The position numbers and the translations under genes were made by a program. A DNA stretch of 64,000 bases from an uncultured Gammaproteobacteria bacterium (GTDB taxonomy: Bacteria > Patescibacteriota > Microgenomatia > Levybacterales > GWA1-39-11): the NCBI GenBank assembly GCA_964425075.1, contig CAYRKM010000001.1, forward strand, positions 106,137 to 170,136. The letters are read 5' to 3'. The notes under the pieces were generated by a model. It was not told the DNA's origin. It searched no databases and was given only the letters and a program-made list of their open reading frames with translations. This document shows, in pieces, positions 34,502 through 44,395 of this stretch (position 1 is the stretch's first letter; every line of letters begins with the position of its first letter).

Positions 34502-35089
34502 TTGACAAATATATTTACCTCCTTCTACTATATATGTATGGAACAGAACGTTGAAGTGCCCACAACTGCTAGCTCCACATCATTCCTCTCACGATATGTA
34601 ATGATTACATCTATTCTTGTTATCATCGGCGTTGCAGGAATTGCTATTTATTTACTTTTAAATAAAGGATCAATAAAACCTACCTCAAATAATCAAACTC
34701 TCGCCTCCTCCCCAAATTGCACGAATGAAAAAATTTATACTGATGTAAAAGAAGCGTTGCTTTTAGAAGGGCAAAAAATTTGCTACATTGATGCAAAAGC
34801 CCCAGACAAAGAATATGTTTTTCCTAGTGATATTGTCAAACATGCAAATACCCGAAATCTAGTCTATCTTTCACTTGATGGATATAACTTATCAGCTATG
34901 AGAGATTCACTTGAAGTTTTACAGGATTTAGAAGTTCTTAAACTCAAAAATGCACATTTGTCCGCACTTCCAAGGGGAATAGACAAACTTACAAAACTTA
35001 AAGAGCTCGATCTTTCAGGTAACGAATTCACTGAAACAGGAAAAAACGAAATCCACCAGAAATTCCCAAATGTAAAAATCAGCTTCTAA
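34502..35089 (+). CDS. TM-anchored leucine-rich-repeat (LRR) protein
   Basis: TM ITSILVIIGVAGIAIYLLL. LRR units LVYLSLDGYNLSAM / LEVLKLKNAHLSALPRGIDKLTKLKELDLSGNEF. The true start may be the internal Met (MEQNV.., nt 34538). Confidence 0.55.
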   Translation: MTNIFTSFYYICMEQNVEVPTTASSTSFLSRYVMITSILVIIGVAGIAIYLLLNKGSIKPTSNNQTLASSPNCTNEKIYTDVKEALLLEGQKICYIDAKAPDKEYVFPSDIVKHANTRNLVYLSLDGYNLSAMRDSLEVLQDLEVLKLKNAHLSALPRGIDKLTKLKELDLSGNEFTETGKNEIHQKFPNVKISF

Positions 35090-35202
35090 AGGAATCCGCA
35101 TTAAGTATTAAGATAGGTATTGAGTTTTGGTTTCAGGGATTCGGCTTGAACTTTTTTTAAACCCCACCGGACATACTACATACAATATACTTATATACCA
35201 AC

Positions 35203-38200
35203 CTATCTGCAGCCCAACAATTCTGTAGTTCCAACACTATCGCTGAAGCGGTATTTTACCGGAGAAAGCGCTTGTGAACAATTAGAGCTGCTGTAAAGAG
35301 TTCTAACAACTGTAGAACCACATGTTGTTGAAGTTGTTACATCACCGGTTACACTTCCAACATACGTATCCCCCCCCCAACAATTTGTAAGTGACTGATT
35401 TGAATATGCAGTGCAAGAGGCGCTGTAATCTTTGTAATACCATCCCTGACAACTTCCCGTTGTAGTACCGTTGGTTGCAGAAGTATATGAACTCTGATCA
35501 TTTACAACGGTAGAATCTCTTGTATAGCTTGAGCCGCCAACGCAATCATAGTCAAAACTACCATCTCCCCTATTAGTCGAGAAGTATGCCGTCTGTCCGG
35601 GTTTTGCATTTGAATTACTGTCATAACAATCTGCTGTACTTTGTGTTCCTCGAGAATTTGCAGCACCACAGTAAGTATAGGAAGTAGCAGAAGCTAAATA
35701 ACCATCTCCATCTGCATCAGCTCCTGTATATCCTGAGCTTGTAGTTGAATTCGTAGAATTACTATCTGCATCGTTACAATCAGTTGTGTTACTTGCATAC
35801 CCTGCAGGAGGACTGCCGGCCCCACATACAGAACTTGACCCATCCCCTGAATAAATTGTTATCTTGATTCCATCAATGCTTGCCGTTCTTGATGATCCAC
35901 TTGTATTCTTATAAGAAACAACAACTCCAAAGCCAGATGCATTTACGTCACTTGAAGTTAGTGTTGTTCCCCACAAATCATTTGCCCTACCATACACCTT
36001 ATTAGTATCAGAACCTGTTAATCTAGAACTTCCTACATCAGCCCTCTCCTCACCTACGATAGACCCACCCTTTACTAACTTTACGCTGTAATCACCTATA
36101 CTACTCGTAGCACTCGCTTTACTCTCAACTTCAACTATTACACCATTTATAGTGCCACTTACATTAAATCCAAAATTGGTAGCTTTTAAGTATCGTGATA
36201 ATGAACCTGCACCAATAGAAGCTGTTGCATATATATTATCTGATGCTCCAACATTTGTTGCATTTGTCCAGCTAACAGAACCTACGCTGTTATCGGTTGC
36301 CGCGGTCTGTGGGAAGGTTGCACTTGATATATTTGATGCAACTCCTTTAGTATCAGCATCACTGTCGGGATAATAAGTGTCAGAAGTCCAACAAGTTGAA
36401 GAGGCCGATACTCCATCGCTACAAAGCCCAGTATCAGCACAATCAGTTGAACCTCCTCCAAGAACAGCAGCCGAAGCTAGTCTAGTATAAGCTCCTGCTG
36501 AATCTTTATAGTAAGTTCTTGTATTTATAACAGAGGTTGCTCCAACACACTGGTCTGAAGCCGCAGCTGAAGTTTTGTACCCATCATTATCACTATCTGT
36601 TACAAGACTTGTAATTGTTTGATAAATATTTGCATTTGCGCTATTACAATCAAATGTATTTACTGCGCGAAGAAGTGAATAATAAGGATATGTACTTGAA
36701 AAACCATTTCTTCTTACAAATCCTGCACCCGGAGAAGTCGCACTCACTGCTCTTGTACCGTCATCAACTACTCCATCTGCATCTGCATCTTTTACCCAAA
36801 CCCCACCCCTAATAAGACTTCCACCACTTGCAAGAATAAGAGTACCACCACTTAATGCAATACTTCCTCTTCCAATTTTTTGGCCTGAATTCAGAGTAAG
36901 AGATGCGCCTGTGCTAAGAGTAAGACTTGCAGTATTTGAAGTTCCAGCTCCTAAATCAACTCCATCATTATCATCATCAAAACTACATGATTCAGAGATT
37001 GTTAGATTGCCAGATGTAGCCGGATCGCAAGGACTTACTTGTCCTGAAGTCGTAGTAAATGCTTGCGGAGTTGTAGAAGTGGTAGTTCCTGCTGAATTCG
37101 TAGCATAAGTACAATACCAATAATTTGTGCTTGGTGTAAGCCAGCTTGGATTCCCATAACCGGTAGTTATGCTTTTCTGTTGTGTTACAGCATTAGTAGT
37201 AAGAGCTATATCGTTTCCGGACAAAAGAGGGACTCTCGTTCCTCCTGTATCATTAGTTGCACAGGTTCCGGGGTCTGACGTAAGTACTCTAAAATGCATT
37301 GTAGTGGCCAAACTATTAGGATTTGCGCTTCCGTTAAGAGTTACCTTGAAGGAGCCTACATTTGTCTCTGCATCTGCAGTAACTGAGTTTGGGGCATTTG
37401 AGGCAGTTGTAAAAGTATCATCCGTTGTATAGCTCGTACCAACTGCATTTGTCGCATATGCTCTATAGTGATATAAAGTGTCTGCGTTTAAGCCAGTTGC
37501 ACTGACTGTAAATACACCTGTTGTTCCAGTTGTACTAAAACATGTTCCTCCAAGAGCAGGATTGGAACTAGTACCAACACATACCCCTCTTCCGGTTATG
37601 CTTGAGCCTCCATTTGAGGTCACATTACCACCTAGGGTTGCGCCACTTGAAGTAATACTTGTGTTGGTAGGGGTTGTAATTGTTGGAGCATCAGGAGGTG
37701 GTACTACAATAGTAAATGCGCGAGATGTCTGAATAGCTCCACTTAACGTAAATGCTCCTGGATTTTCAGAGGAAGCATTCAGCTGTCTGTATGCAGAACC
37801 TGCCAATTGTTGAGAGATACCTCCGGTCTGATTTGAAGGTGTTGTGCTTGTATAGTCAGTTGGATATGTTGAGATAGTACGTGTAGTACCAAAAAGATGA
37901 CCATGTAAATCATAAGCTATCCAAAGCCAATCTTTTGCACCCCCAGTAGGAGTAAACGTTCCGGGATCAACAGAGGAAGTATTAGATCCACTTACTATAC
38001 TACTAACCTGGCTAGCAGATGAAGGATGAGAACCGGTAATAAGATATACCTGGGTTGCCCAACCACCACTCGTGTCTTGGGTAAAGGTTACCGAACCAGA
38101 GCTTTCACTCCCTGAAGCTATTTTTTCATAAACAGAAACATATTGGTTATCATCATATATTCGAGTCCAACCAGAGGGAGCTGAACCCCCACCTCCTCCA

Positions 38201-38829
38201 CCCGATGTAAAAAATGCGGCAACAAGACGGTCACCCGCAGTAACTGCAGGAACTGAAACAGAAAGAGAGGTTTGACTTGAGTTGCTACCATTATTCGTTA
38301 CTGAAGACACAGCAGGAAAAGAAGAACTATCATGAAGTTCAAAAGTATAAATTTGGGTACCGCAATTTCCTGCACTTCCAAGACCGGTTATTTTCCAATA
38401 TTGTGCAGAGGCTGATGTCAGACTTACCAAACCAGTATCTCCCCCTGTTAAATTAGTGGGACTTGTGTAACGGTTTGTCCAATTGCTATCGTCTGTACTT
38501 GATTCAATTTTATACTGAGTCATCCTATGACATTCATTTGATGGCTCTAGCAATCTAAAACCTGTAATAGTTCTTGCTGACCCAAGATTTACTTTTAACC
38601 ATGGAGATGCATTCGTCAATGTAGTAGACATCCAGGCTGTTGAATCATTTACATCAATCGCATCAGCTGGTGTGCCAGAGTAATTATCAATTCCCGTAGC
38701 CGATGCTCCATTTGCAGATGTTGCCCGATTTGCAGCATGTACATTATTTGTAAAAGCAATTTGAAGAAAAATTACAAAAAACAAAATAGCTATACTTTTT
38801 GTAATGTATGATTTTATATATCTATCCAT
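35203..38829 (-). CDS. large (1208 aa) secreted adhesin-like protein: signal peptide, F5/8 type C (discoidin)-like domain, at least two FN3-like modules, Cys-rich C-terminal region
   Basis: Signal AILFFVIFLQIAFTNNVHA. Discoidin-like GIDNYSGTPADAIDVNDSTAWMS..ASPWLKVNLGSARTITGFRLL...YKIESSTDDSNW. FN3-like TGLNADTLYHYRAYATNAVGTSY and NYWYCTYATNSAGTT. Confidence 0.6.
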   Translation of the reverse strand: MDRYIKSYITKSIAILFFVIFLQIAFTNNVHAANRATSANGASATGIDNYSGTPADAIDVNDSTAWMSTTLTNASPWLKVNLGSARTITGFRLLEPSNECHRMTQYKIESSTDDSNWTNRYTSPTNLTGGDTGLVSLTSASAQYWKITGLGSAGNCGTQIYTFELHDSSSFPAVSSVTNNGSNSSQTSLSVSVPAVTAGDRLVAAFFTSGGGGGGSAPSGWTRIYDDNQYVSVYEKIASGSESSGSVTFTQDTSGGWATQVYLITGSHPSSASQVSSIVSGSNTSSVDPGTFTPTGGAKDWLWIAYDLHGHLFGTTRTISTYPTDYTSTTPSNQTGGISQQLAGSAYRQLNASSENPGAFTLSGAIQTSRAFTIVVPPPDAPTITTPTNTSITSSGATLGGNVTSNGGSSITGRGVCVGTSSNPALGGTCFSTTGTTGVFTVSATGLNADTLYHYRAYATNAVGTSYTTDDTFTTASNAPNSVTADAETNVGSFKVTLNGSANPNSLATTMHFRVLTSDPGTCATNDTGGTRVPLLSGNDIALTTNAVTQQKSITTGYGNPSWLTPSTNYWYCTYATNSAGTTTSTTPQAFTTTSGQVSPCDPATSGNLTISESCSFDDDNDGVDLGAGTSNTASLTLSTGASLTLNSGQKIGRGSIALSGGTLILASGGSLIRGGVWVKDADADGVVDDGTRAVSATSPGAGFVRRNGFSSTYPYYSLLRAVNTFDCNSANANIYQTITSLVTDSDNDGYKTSAAASDQCVGATSVINTRTYYKDSAGAYTRLASAAVLGGGSTDCADTGLCSDGVSASSTCWTSDTYYPDSDADTKGVASNISSATFPQTAATDNSVGSVSWTNATNVGASDNIYATASIGAGSLSRYLKATNFGFNVSGTINGVIVEVESKASATSSIGDYSVKLVKGGSIVGEERADVGSSRLTGSDTNKVYGRANDLWGTTLTSSDVNASGFGVVVSYKNTSGSSRTASIDGIKITIYSGDGSSSVCGAGSPPAGYASNTTDCNDADSNSTNSTTSSGYTGADADGDGYLASATSYTYCGAANSRGTQSTADCYDSNSNAKPGQTAYFSTNRGDGSFDYDCVGGSSYTRDSTVVNDQSSYTSATNGTTTGSCQGWYYKDYSASCTAYSNQSLTNCWGGDTYVGSVTGDVTTSTTCGSTVVRTLYSSSNCSQALSPVKYRFSDSVGTTELLGCR

Positions 38830-38840
38830 ATATTAATATG

Positions 38841-39839
38841 TCATCTAACTGTTAACCTTTTAGTTAATGTGTTTCCCGCACTGTCATTTGCTGTTATATC
38901 CATCCCGTATTGTGTGTTGTAAGTATCAGTTACTTGCCATGTTCCGGTCCATATTCCGCTTGTTTCCGTTCCGCTTGTCCTAGTCAACGTAAATTCTCTT
39001 GCTTCATTATCAGAATACAAAACCAAAGAGACATTTGCAGAAATTGGGGCTTCTGTATCATCAATCTTTACTTGAACTTGCTGAGCATTTCCAATAGTCT
39101 GCCACAATGGCATCATGGTTAATTCATAGATGTCAGGATTGGTACCTGCTGGATTTCCAATCGCGTAAGTGACTGAACCATCAGGAAGTGGAGTTGGTGT
39201 TGGTGTTCCCGTTAAACCAATTGTTGGAGCAGCTGAGGTGGGAGTTGGCGTTGTTGTTTGGTATGTCTCCTCTCCTCCAAGCAAACTTGAGGCCGAAAGA
39301 CTACTACAATTTACAGAACCTGAAAGTGTACAAGCCCAATTTCCTTCCGAATAGCCTTCGGGAGCACAGTTGGAAAGAGACGAAAGCGGACAAGCGTTAG
39401 TTATTTGCGTTTCACTGGATAATTTGGCAAAAACCACATTCCACTGAGGACAAGTAGTTCCACTTTCTGTTCTATAGCGATAACAACTCCCACTTCCACC
39501 ATCACAGGTTGGATCCTGGGGCACTTTTTTCATATACACAGTGTTTCCAACTCTCCATTCATCTCCAAAAGGAAGTTGAGTTGGATAGCAATGAGTATCG
39601 TTATAATAAGCATCAGCTGCTATTCGGATTTGGGAAATGTCTGATTGTCTCTGAGCATCTCTGCTTTTATTAATTTGTCTTATTGGATTTAGGGTCAAAA
39701 TTACTCCACCACCAAGAGTCGCAAGAATTGTAACTGCAATAAGAACCTCAACAAGAGTAAAGCCTCTTTCTCTTCCTATATATATGCGGGCAGTTCTCAT
39801 TTTTATAAAATAATTTCTATTGAATAATAATTGTTCCAA
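38841..39839 (-). CDS. type IV pilin / pseudopilin-like protein with prepilin (class III) signal peptide; unusually large (about 320 aa mature)
   Basis: RERG|FTLVEVLIAVTILAT is a canonical prepilin peptidase site (G followed by F-T-L-V-E plus a hydrophobic helix). The start is probably the internal Met (MRTARIYIGRERG, nt ~39800). Cys pairs in the C-terminal region. Confidence 0.7.
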   Translation of the reverse strand: MEQLLFNRNYFIKMRTARIYIGRERGFTLVEVLIAVTILATLGGGVILTLNPIRQINKSRDAQRQSDISQIRIAADAYYNDTHCYPTQLPFGDEWRVGNTVYMKKVPQDPTCDGGSGSCYRYRTESGTTCPQWNVVFAKLSSETQITNACPLSSLSNCAPEGYSEGNWACTLSGSVNCSSLSASSLLGGEETYQTTTPTPTSAAPTIGLTGTPTPTPLPDGSVTYAIGNPAGTNPDIYELTMMPLWQTIGNAQQVQVKIDDTEAPISANVSLVLYSDNEAREFTLTRTSGTETSGIWTGTWQVTDTYNTQYGMDITANDSAGNTLTKRLTVR

Positions 39840-40332
39840 CCAAATTTGTACCTTTTACTTTATATGTATAAGTTCCAGGATTGGTAAATTTAACGTCCTT
39901 TGCATCAGCTACAGCAACTGTAAAATTCAAAAAACTACTTTTTGAGTCTGCTCCTTCAATTACAACTGAATCAGTTCCTATATTAAAAAAGCTAATATTA
40001 TTCCCTGCCTTAATTGTGACGCTTTGGGGATTTAGTCTTCTTGCGTTAATCATTACAGTCATATCCTTTATGGGTGGAATTGTGGGATATGGAGTTGTGT
40101 TTACTCTTTGTGTGGGAAGTGTTGTTACGGGGGTGGATGGTGAAGTCACTTGACTCCCTTTTCCAAAAAGCAAAATAACTGAAAGAATAAGAAAAATTAC
40201 TATTCCGCCTACGAGAACACCCATAATTATCTTTTCATTTCTACTCATAATTCTTTTGAGGTCTGTTGATATGTACCCTTGCTCATCTGCATGAGCATGT
40301 TTTTTGTGGGCATTTTTTCTGTGAGCTTTCAT
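39817..40332 (-). CDS. membrane-anchored protein with a cupredoxin-like beta-sandwich domain lacking copper ligands
   Basis: N-terminal His/Lys-rich stretch, TM (IIMGVLVGGIVIFLILSVILLF), then SVTIKAGNNISFFNIG..VVIEG...FTNPGTYTYKVKG resembling the cupredoxin fold. No Cys/His/Met ligand set. Confidence 0.4.
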   Translation of the reverse strand: MKAHRKNAHKKHAHADEQGYISTDLKRIMSRNEKIIMGVLVGGIVIFLILSVILLFGKGSQVTSPSTPVTTLPTQRVNTTPYPTIPPIKDMTVMINARRLNPQSVTIKAGNNISFFNIGTDSVVIEGADSKSSFLNFTVAVADAKDVKFTNPGTYTYKVKGTNLVGTIIIQ

Positions 40333-40648
40333 TTTTCATTCAAACTAATCACAGAGCAATAAAAAGCTCTTTAACCCAGTATAGATATATCTGAAAAATA
40401 ATGTCAATACCTCAAATGAAGCTACTAAATTTGTCTAGAAAATTTAACCACCCTACTAATAATTTTAAAATATTCTTGCATTGTCCTTAATTAGTGCTTA
40501 ATGTATCAATCTATAAAACAATATCATATTACCTAACAAAAAAATATCCTCCTTCCTATATATACTCTATTTTTCTCAACAGTTTGTTGACAGGAACTTT
40601 AAAACTTTGTTACAGTAAACTATATCCTAATTTGAATTTTGATTCGAT

Positions 40649-42769
40649 ATGAAGAACAACGGAGCTACTACATACATAAATTCAGTTGCAACGATACTAA
40701 TCGCTACAACCTACCTCCTTTTGCCTGTTTTCTTTTTAAATGTTACAACTGACTTTTTTACATTTCCCAAACAAGCTCTTATTGTTGGTTCTTCTCTGCT
40801 TTTATTTGTGTTATGGGGAATACGTAGTTTGGTTGAACGCAAGGTAACCTTACTCCTCAACCCACTAAATCTTCCTGTATTATTATTTGGAGTTGTTACA
40901 ATTCTATCAACTGCTTTCTCTGTTTCTTTTCAAGATTCAATTATTCTCTCTGTGCCCATTGCTCTTCTTTGTCTATTTTTCTTTCTTACGGTAAATTTTG
41001 TACAAGAAAAATCTACTTTTTCAGTTGTTCTGGTCTCTCTTATAATAGGAAGCGCTATTTCTACCGCAATAAGTATTCTTTCCTACTTCAAGATTTATAT
41101 ATTACCTATTGTTCAAACTCACTCTCCAGAATTTAATACCTTTGGAGCACCCATCCAATATATTGCTTTTCTTACCCCTCTTTTTGTAATTTCCACGGCG
41201 TCCCTTGCTACCATTCTAAAAAGTGGCAAATTAGGCTCAATCACACGCAACTATAATAATCTTCTTGAAAGTGCAACAACCCTTATTTTTGGAGGGGGAC
41301 TTATTCTTGCTGCGATCCAAATAATAAATTTGCCTCAAAAACCTATTCTTTTACCCTTCAACTATGGTTTTCAAATTGCGTTTGCAACTATAAGCCAAGA
41401 ATCGACCCGACTCGTGCAAAACTTATTATTGGGTTCTGGATACGGCACTTTTGCGCATGATTTTACTAGATATATAACACCAAGCTTTAATTCATATCCA
41501 TTCTGGAGTTTGCCATTCTCATTTTCATCATCATATGTACTTGAGATTCTTGCAACAACTGGAGTTTTGGGACTTTTTGCTTTTGCTTTTATATTTGTGA
41601 ATTTCCTTCGCACTCGCCGCTCATTTACCAATCCTATCTTTTTAGGAGTTCTTTCAACCTTTATCCTTTCTCTTATTATTCCTTTCTCCTTTGCCTTGAG
41701 CTTCCTTCTTTTTGGACTTCTTGCTTTATATGTTTCACAGCTTACTATCTTAAGAAGTCGCCACACTGACAATGTATCAATCAACTTTATGGCTACTAAC
41801 CAAGGGCTCTTCTCGGTTGCTGATGAATCAAAAAGAACCAGAGAAAACATTGTCCTTCCGTTAACAGTATTTCTTCTAAGCGTTGCTGTTGCAGTTTTTG
41901 TTCTATTTTTCCTTACTGGTGGAGCTGGGGGCACAAGGAAAGGATATATAGCACTTATCAGCTCTGATATTAAATTTGCAAAGTCATTCGCTCCTACTTC
42001 TCTTCAAAGTGGGGTTGAAACTTACAATCTCCAAACACAAGCTATAGCAGAATATCCATACAGAAGCGACTACTACCGAGTCTTCTCTCAAGTGAATCTT
42101 GCGCTTGCATCAAACATTTTGCAGGCTCAACAACCAAATACTCAACCCACTCAAGAAGTTCAACAAAATATCCTAGGACTTTTACAGCAAAGCATAAATA
42201 GTGCCCGACAGGCTGTAACTCTTTCCCCAATGACCTCAGCAAATTGGCAGAATTTAGGTCAAATTTACAGAAATCTTATAGGTGTTGGGGAGAATGCTGA
42301 ACAGTTCGCTATTGCGTCCTACAATCAGGCAATTACCCTGAACCCCTCAAATCCAGGACTTAGGGTTGAACTTGGAGGTATTTATTACCAACTAAAACAG
42401 TGGGATATGGCACAACAACAATTCTTAATCGCTTCTCAGCTTAAGAATGACTATGCAAATGCTTATTACAATTTAGGTAAATCATTTGAGCAAAAAGGTG
42501 AGCTTACCACTGCCCTTCAGCAATTCCAAATCGTAAAACAATTGGTAGCCAATGACAAAAACAATCTTGATATTATCAGTAAAGAAATAGCTGCACTTGA
42601 ATCTAAAATTGGTGAGCAAGCAAAGGTAACTGAGGAAAATCGAACCCCAACTGATGACAAAAGCCCACTTGAAGTACCTCAACCAGCAGCCGATTTTCCA
42701 GACCAGGATCCAAAAATTACAATTCCCAAACCTCCAGTAGATGAAAGCGCCACCAAATCTGCACAGTAA
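40649..42769 (+). CDS. O-antigen ligase (Wzy_C)-like polytopic membrane protein with C-terminal TPR repeats
   Basis: At least ten hydrophobic helices, then TPR-like units (AYYNLGKSFEQKGELTTALQQFQIVKQL; ASYNQAITLNPSNPGLRVELGGIYYQLKQWDMAQQQF). Confidence 0.5.
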   Translation: MKNNGATTYINSVATILIATTYLLLPVFFLNVTTDFFTFPKQALIVGSSLLLFVLWGIRSLVERKVTLLLNPLNLPVLLFGVVTILSTAFSVSFQDSIILSVPIALLCLFFFLTVNFVQEKSTFSVVLVSLIIGSAISTAISILSYFKIYILPIVQTHSPEFNTFGAPIQYIAFLTPLFVISTASLATILKSGKLGSITRNYNNLLESATTLIFGGGLILAAIQIINLPQKPILLPFNYGFQIAFATISQESTRLVQNLLLGSGYGTFAHDFTRYITPSFNSYPFWSLPFSFSSSYVLEILATTGVLGLFAFAFIFVNFLRTRRSFTNPIFLGVLSTFILSLIIPFSFALSFLLFGLLALYVSQLTILRSRHTDNVSINFMATNQGLFSVADESKRTRENIVLPLTVFLLSVAVAVFVLFFLTGGAGGTRKGYIALISSDIKFAKSFAPTSLQSGVETYNLQTQAIAEYPYRSDYYRVFSQVNLALASNILQAQQPNTQPTQEVQQNILGLLQQSINSARQAVTLSPMTSANWQNLGQIYRNLIGVGENAEQFAIASYNQAITLNPSNPGLRVELGGIYYQLKQWDMAQQQFLIASQLKNDYANAYYNLGKSFEQKGELTTALQQFQIVKQLVANDKNNLDIISKEIAALESKIGEQAKVTEENRTPTDDKSPLEVPQPAADFPDQDPKITIPKPPVDESATKSAQ

Positions 42770-42934
42770 AGAGAAGAATTAAAAAGAAAGTATTAAATTG
42801 GAATTTTGCATTAGAAAAGCTCCCTCTTCCTCATTTTGGAAATCAAGCATGAAGTTTCTTTTCTTTTTAAGCTTTTATTTTGCAATTGAAACAAAGAGCG
42901 TAAAGATTTTGTGACCGAAGCACAGCCGGGGGAA

Positions 42935-43130
42935 TCCTCGTCCCGATGCATATCGGGATCGAGGAGGGGGTGATATCCCACACTGTGCGAGGGAACAAAA
43001 TTAGCTCGACTTTCATTGCAAATTCTTTTTGGTACTTTTGTTAAGACAAAAGTACAAGAGTAAACATTGACCAGAGCTTTTGGTACTTTTGGCGGTTCAA
43101 AAGTACAAGAGAAAACAGCGACAAAAAAAC
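42935..43130. repeat. intergenic structured repeats: perfect palindrome CCTCGTCCCGAT-gcat-ATCGGGATCGAGG plus two tandem copies of the family hairpin (GTACTTTTG-n6-CAAAAGTAC-AAGAG)
   Basis: 43025-43063 and 43073-43112 each hold a 9-bp stem/6-nt loop hairpin. The second is preceded by ATTGACCAGAGCTTTTGG and followed by AAGAGAAAAC, as in copy B at 61468. Confidence 0.55.
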
Positions 43131-43190
43131 AAGCCACAAGTAAGTATAAAATTGCAAAATAAATCGCCCTTTGCTAAACTGTAACCTCTT

Positions 43191-44339
43191 ATGCGGCATC
43201 ACAAAGCTTCTTTTGTAGTGGCAAAAAAATACATTTCAGCAATTAACCAAGCACATATTTTCCTCAAAAAAGAATTCGCAAGTTTTTTAATTTTTCTATC
43301 AACATATCTTAAAGATAAGATTATGTTCTTCTCCACTAAATTCGAAAAAAATAAAAATGTTGTGGTTAAGTCTGTTCTTATAAAAAGAGGTAAAAGGAAT
43401 CGCTTCTTTCTTCATGTTAGCGCTATGGCTGTACTTAGCATAGGAGTCCTCATATCTCCCTTCATTACTGAATCAAACCCCTTTACACACCAAGAAAACC
43501 TTCTGACCTTTGCTCAAGAGTTATCTGAAGAAAATCAAAGCCTTGCACCAAATGACGTATTTGAGACCCAATTATCCGATAAGCCTAGAGCAGAAATTAT
43601 TGAATATACTGTACAAAAGGGAGATACAGTGTCTGGAATTGCAAAGAGATTTGGAATATCAGATGACACAATCCGTTGGGAAAATGGCCTTAGAGGCGAC
43701 AATATAACTGTTGGGGATACTCTAAAAATCCTACCGGTTACGGGTATTGCTCACAAAGTAAGTTCTGGAGACACAATTTATACAATTGCTAAAAAATATG
43801 ACTCAAATGCTCAGGCTATCGTTGATTTTCCCTTTAACGACTTTGCAGACCCTCAAACCTTCTCACTTGTTACCGGTCAAACAGTTATTGTGCCAGATGG
43901 GGTTAAACCTGAAGTTCAGCCAACATATATAAGACGCCAACCCTTTATTGCAACAGGGCCGACAGTTGTTTCGGGTGCTGGGTTTACTTGGCCAGTTAGA
44001 GGTAGCCTCAATCAGTACTTCTCTTGGTATCATAGAGCAATTGACATAGGTGCACCAGTTGGTACCCCAATCGTTTCAGCTCAAAGCGGCGTTGTTTCTC
44101 AGGTGTATGTAGGTGGATGGAATGGTGGATATGGAACCCACGTTATTATTTCTGGCGACAATGGCTATTCTACTCTTTATGCTCACATGTCAGGCGTTAA
44201 TGTTTCCCCTGGTCAAAAAGTAAGCGCAGGCTCAAGCCTTGTGGGTTGGGTGGGGCTAACAGGAAGAACTACAGGTGCACATCTTCACTTTGAAATTCGA
44301 GGCTCAGGCGGACTATATAATCCACTTAGTTTCTTATAG
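43191..44339 (+). CDS. LysM-domain M23 family peptidoglycan endopeptidase
   Basis: Two LysM motifs (YTVQKGDTVSGIAKRFGISDDTIRWENGL; HKVSSGDTIYTIAKKYDSNAQAI). M23 catalytic HRAIDIGAPVGTPIVSA ... GYGTHVII ... GAHLHFEI. Confidence 0.85.
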   Translation: MRHHKASFVVAKKYISAINQAHIFLKKEFASFLIFLSTYLKDKIMFFSTKFEKNKNVVVKSVLIKRGKRNRFFLHVSAMAVLSIGVLISPFITESNPFTHQENLLTFAQELSEENQSLAPNDVFETQLSDKPRAEIIEYTVQKGDTVSGIAKRFGISDDTIRWENGLRGDNITVGDTLKILPVTGIAHKVSSGDTIYTIAKKYDSNAQAIVDFPFNDFADPQTFSLVTGQTVIVPDGVKPEVQPTYIRRQPFIATGPTVVSGAGFTWPVRGSLNQYFSWYHRAIDIGAPVGTPIVSAQSGVVSQVYVGGWNGGYGTHVIISGDNGYSTLYAHMSGVNVSPGQKVSAGSSLVGWVGLTGRTTGAHLHFEIRGSGGLYNPLSFL

Positions 44340-44395
44340 GAAAATCTATCATTTGAGGCTAATTTCTATTTTCTGCTTTCTAACTCTCTAAAACC

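Noticed and set aside
42811-43137. 108-aa minus-strand ORF between the O-antigen-ligase gene and the M23 peptidase gene
   Set aside because: Composed of the palindrome and tandem hairpin repeats. Its translation is repeat-derived (..CTFEPPKVPKALVNVYSCTFVLTKVPK..). It is more likely a structured non-coding spacer.
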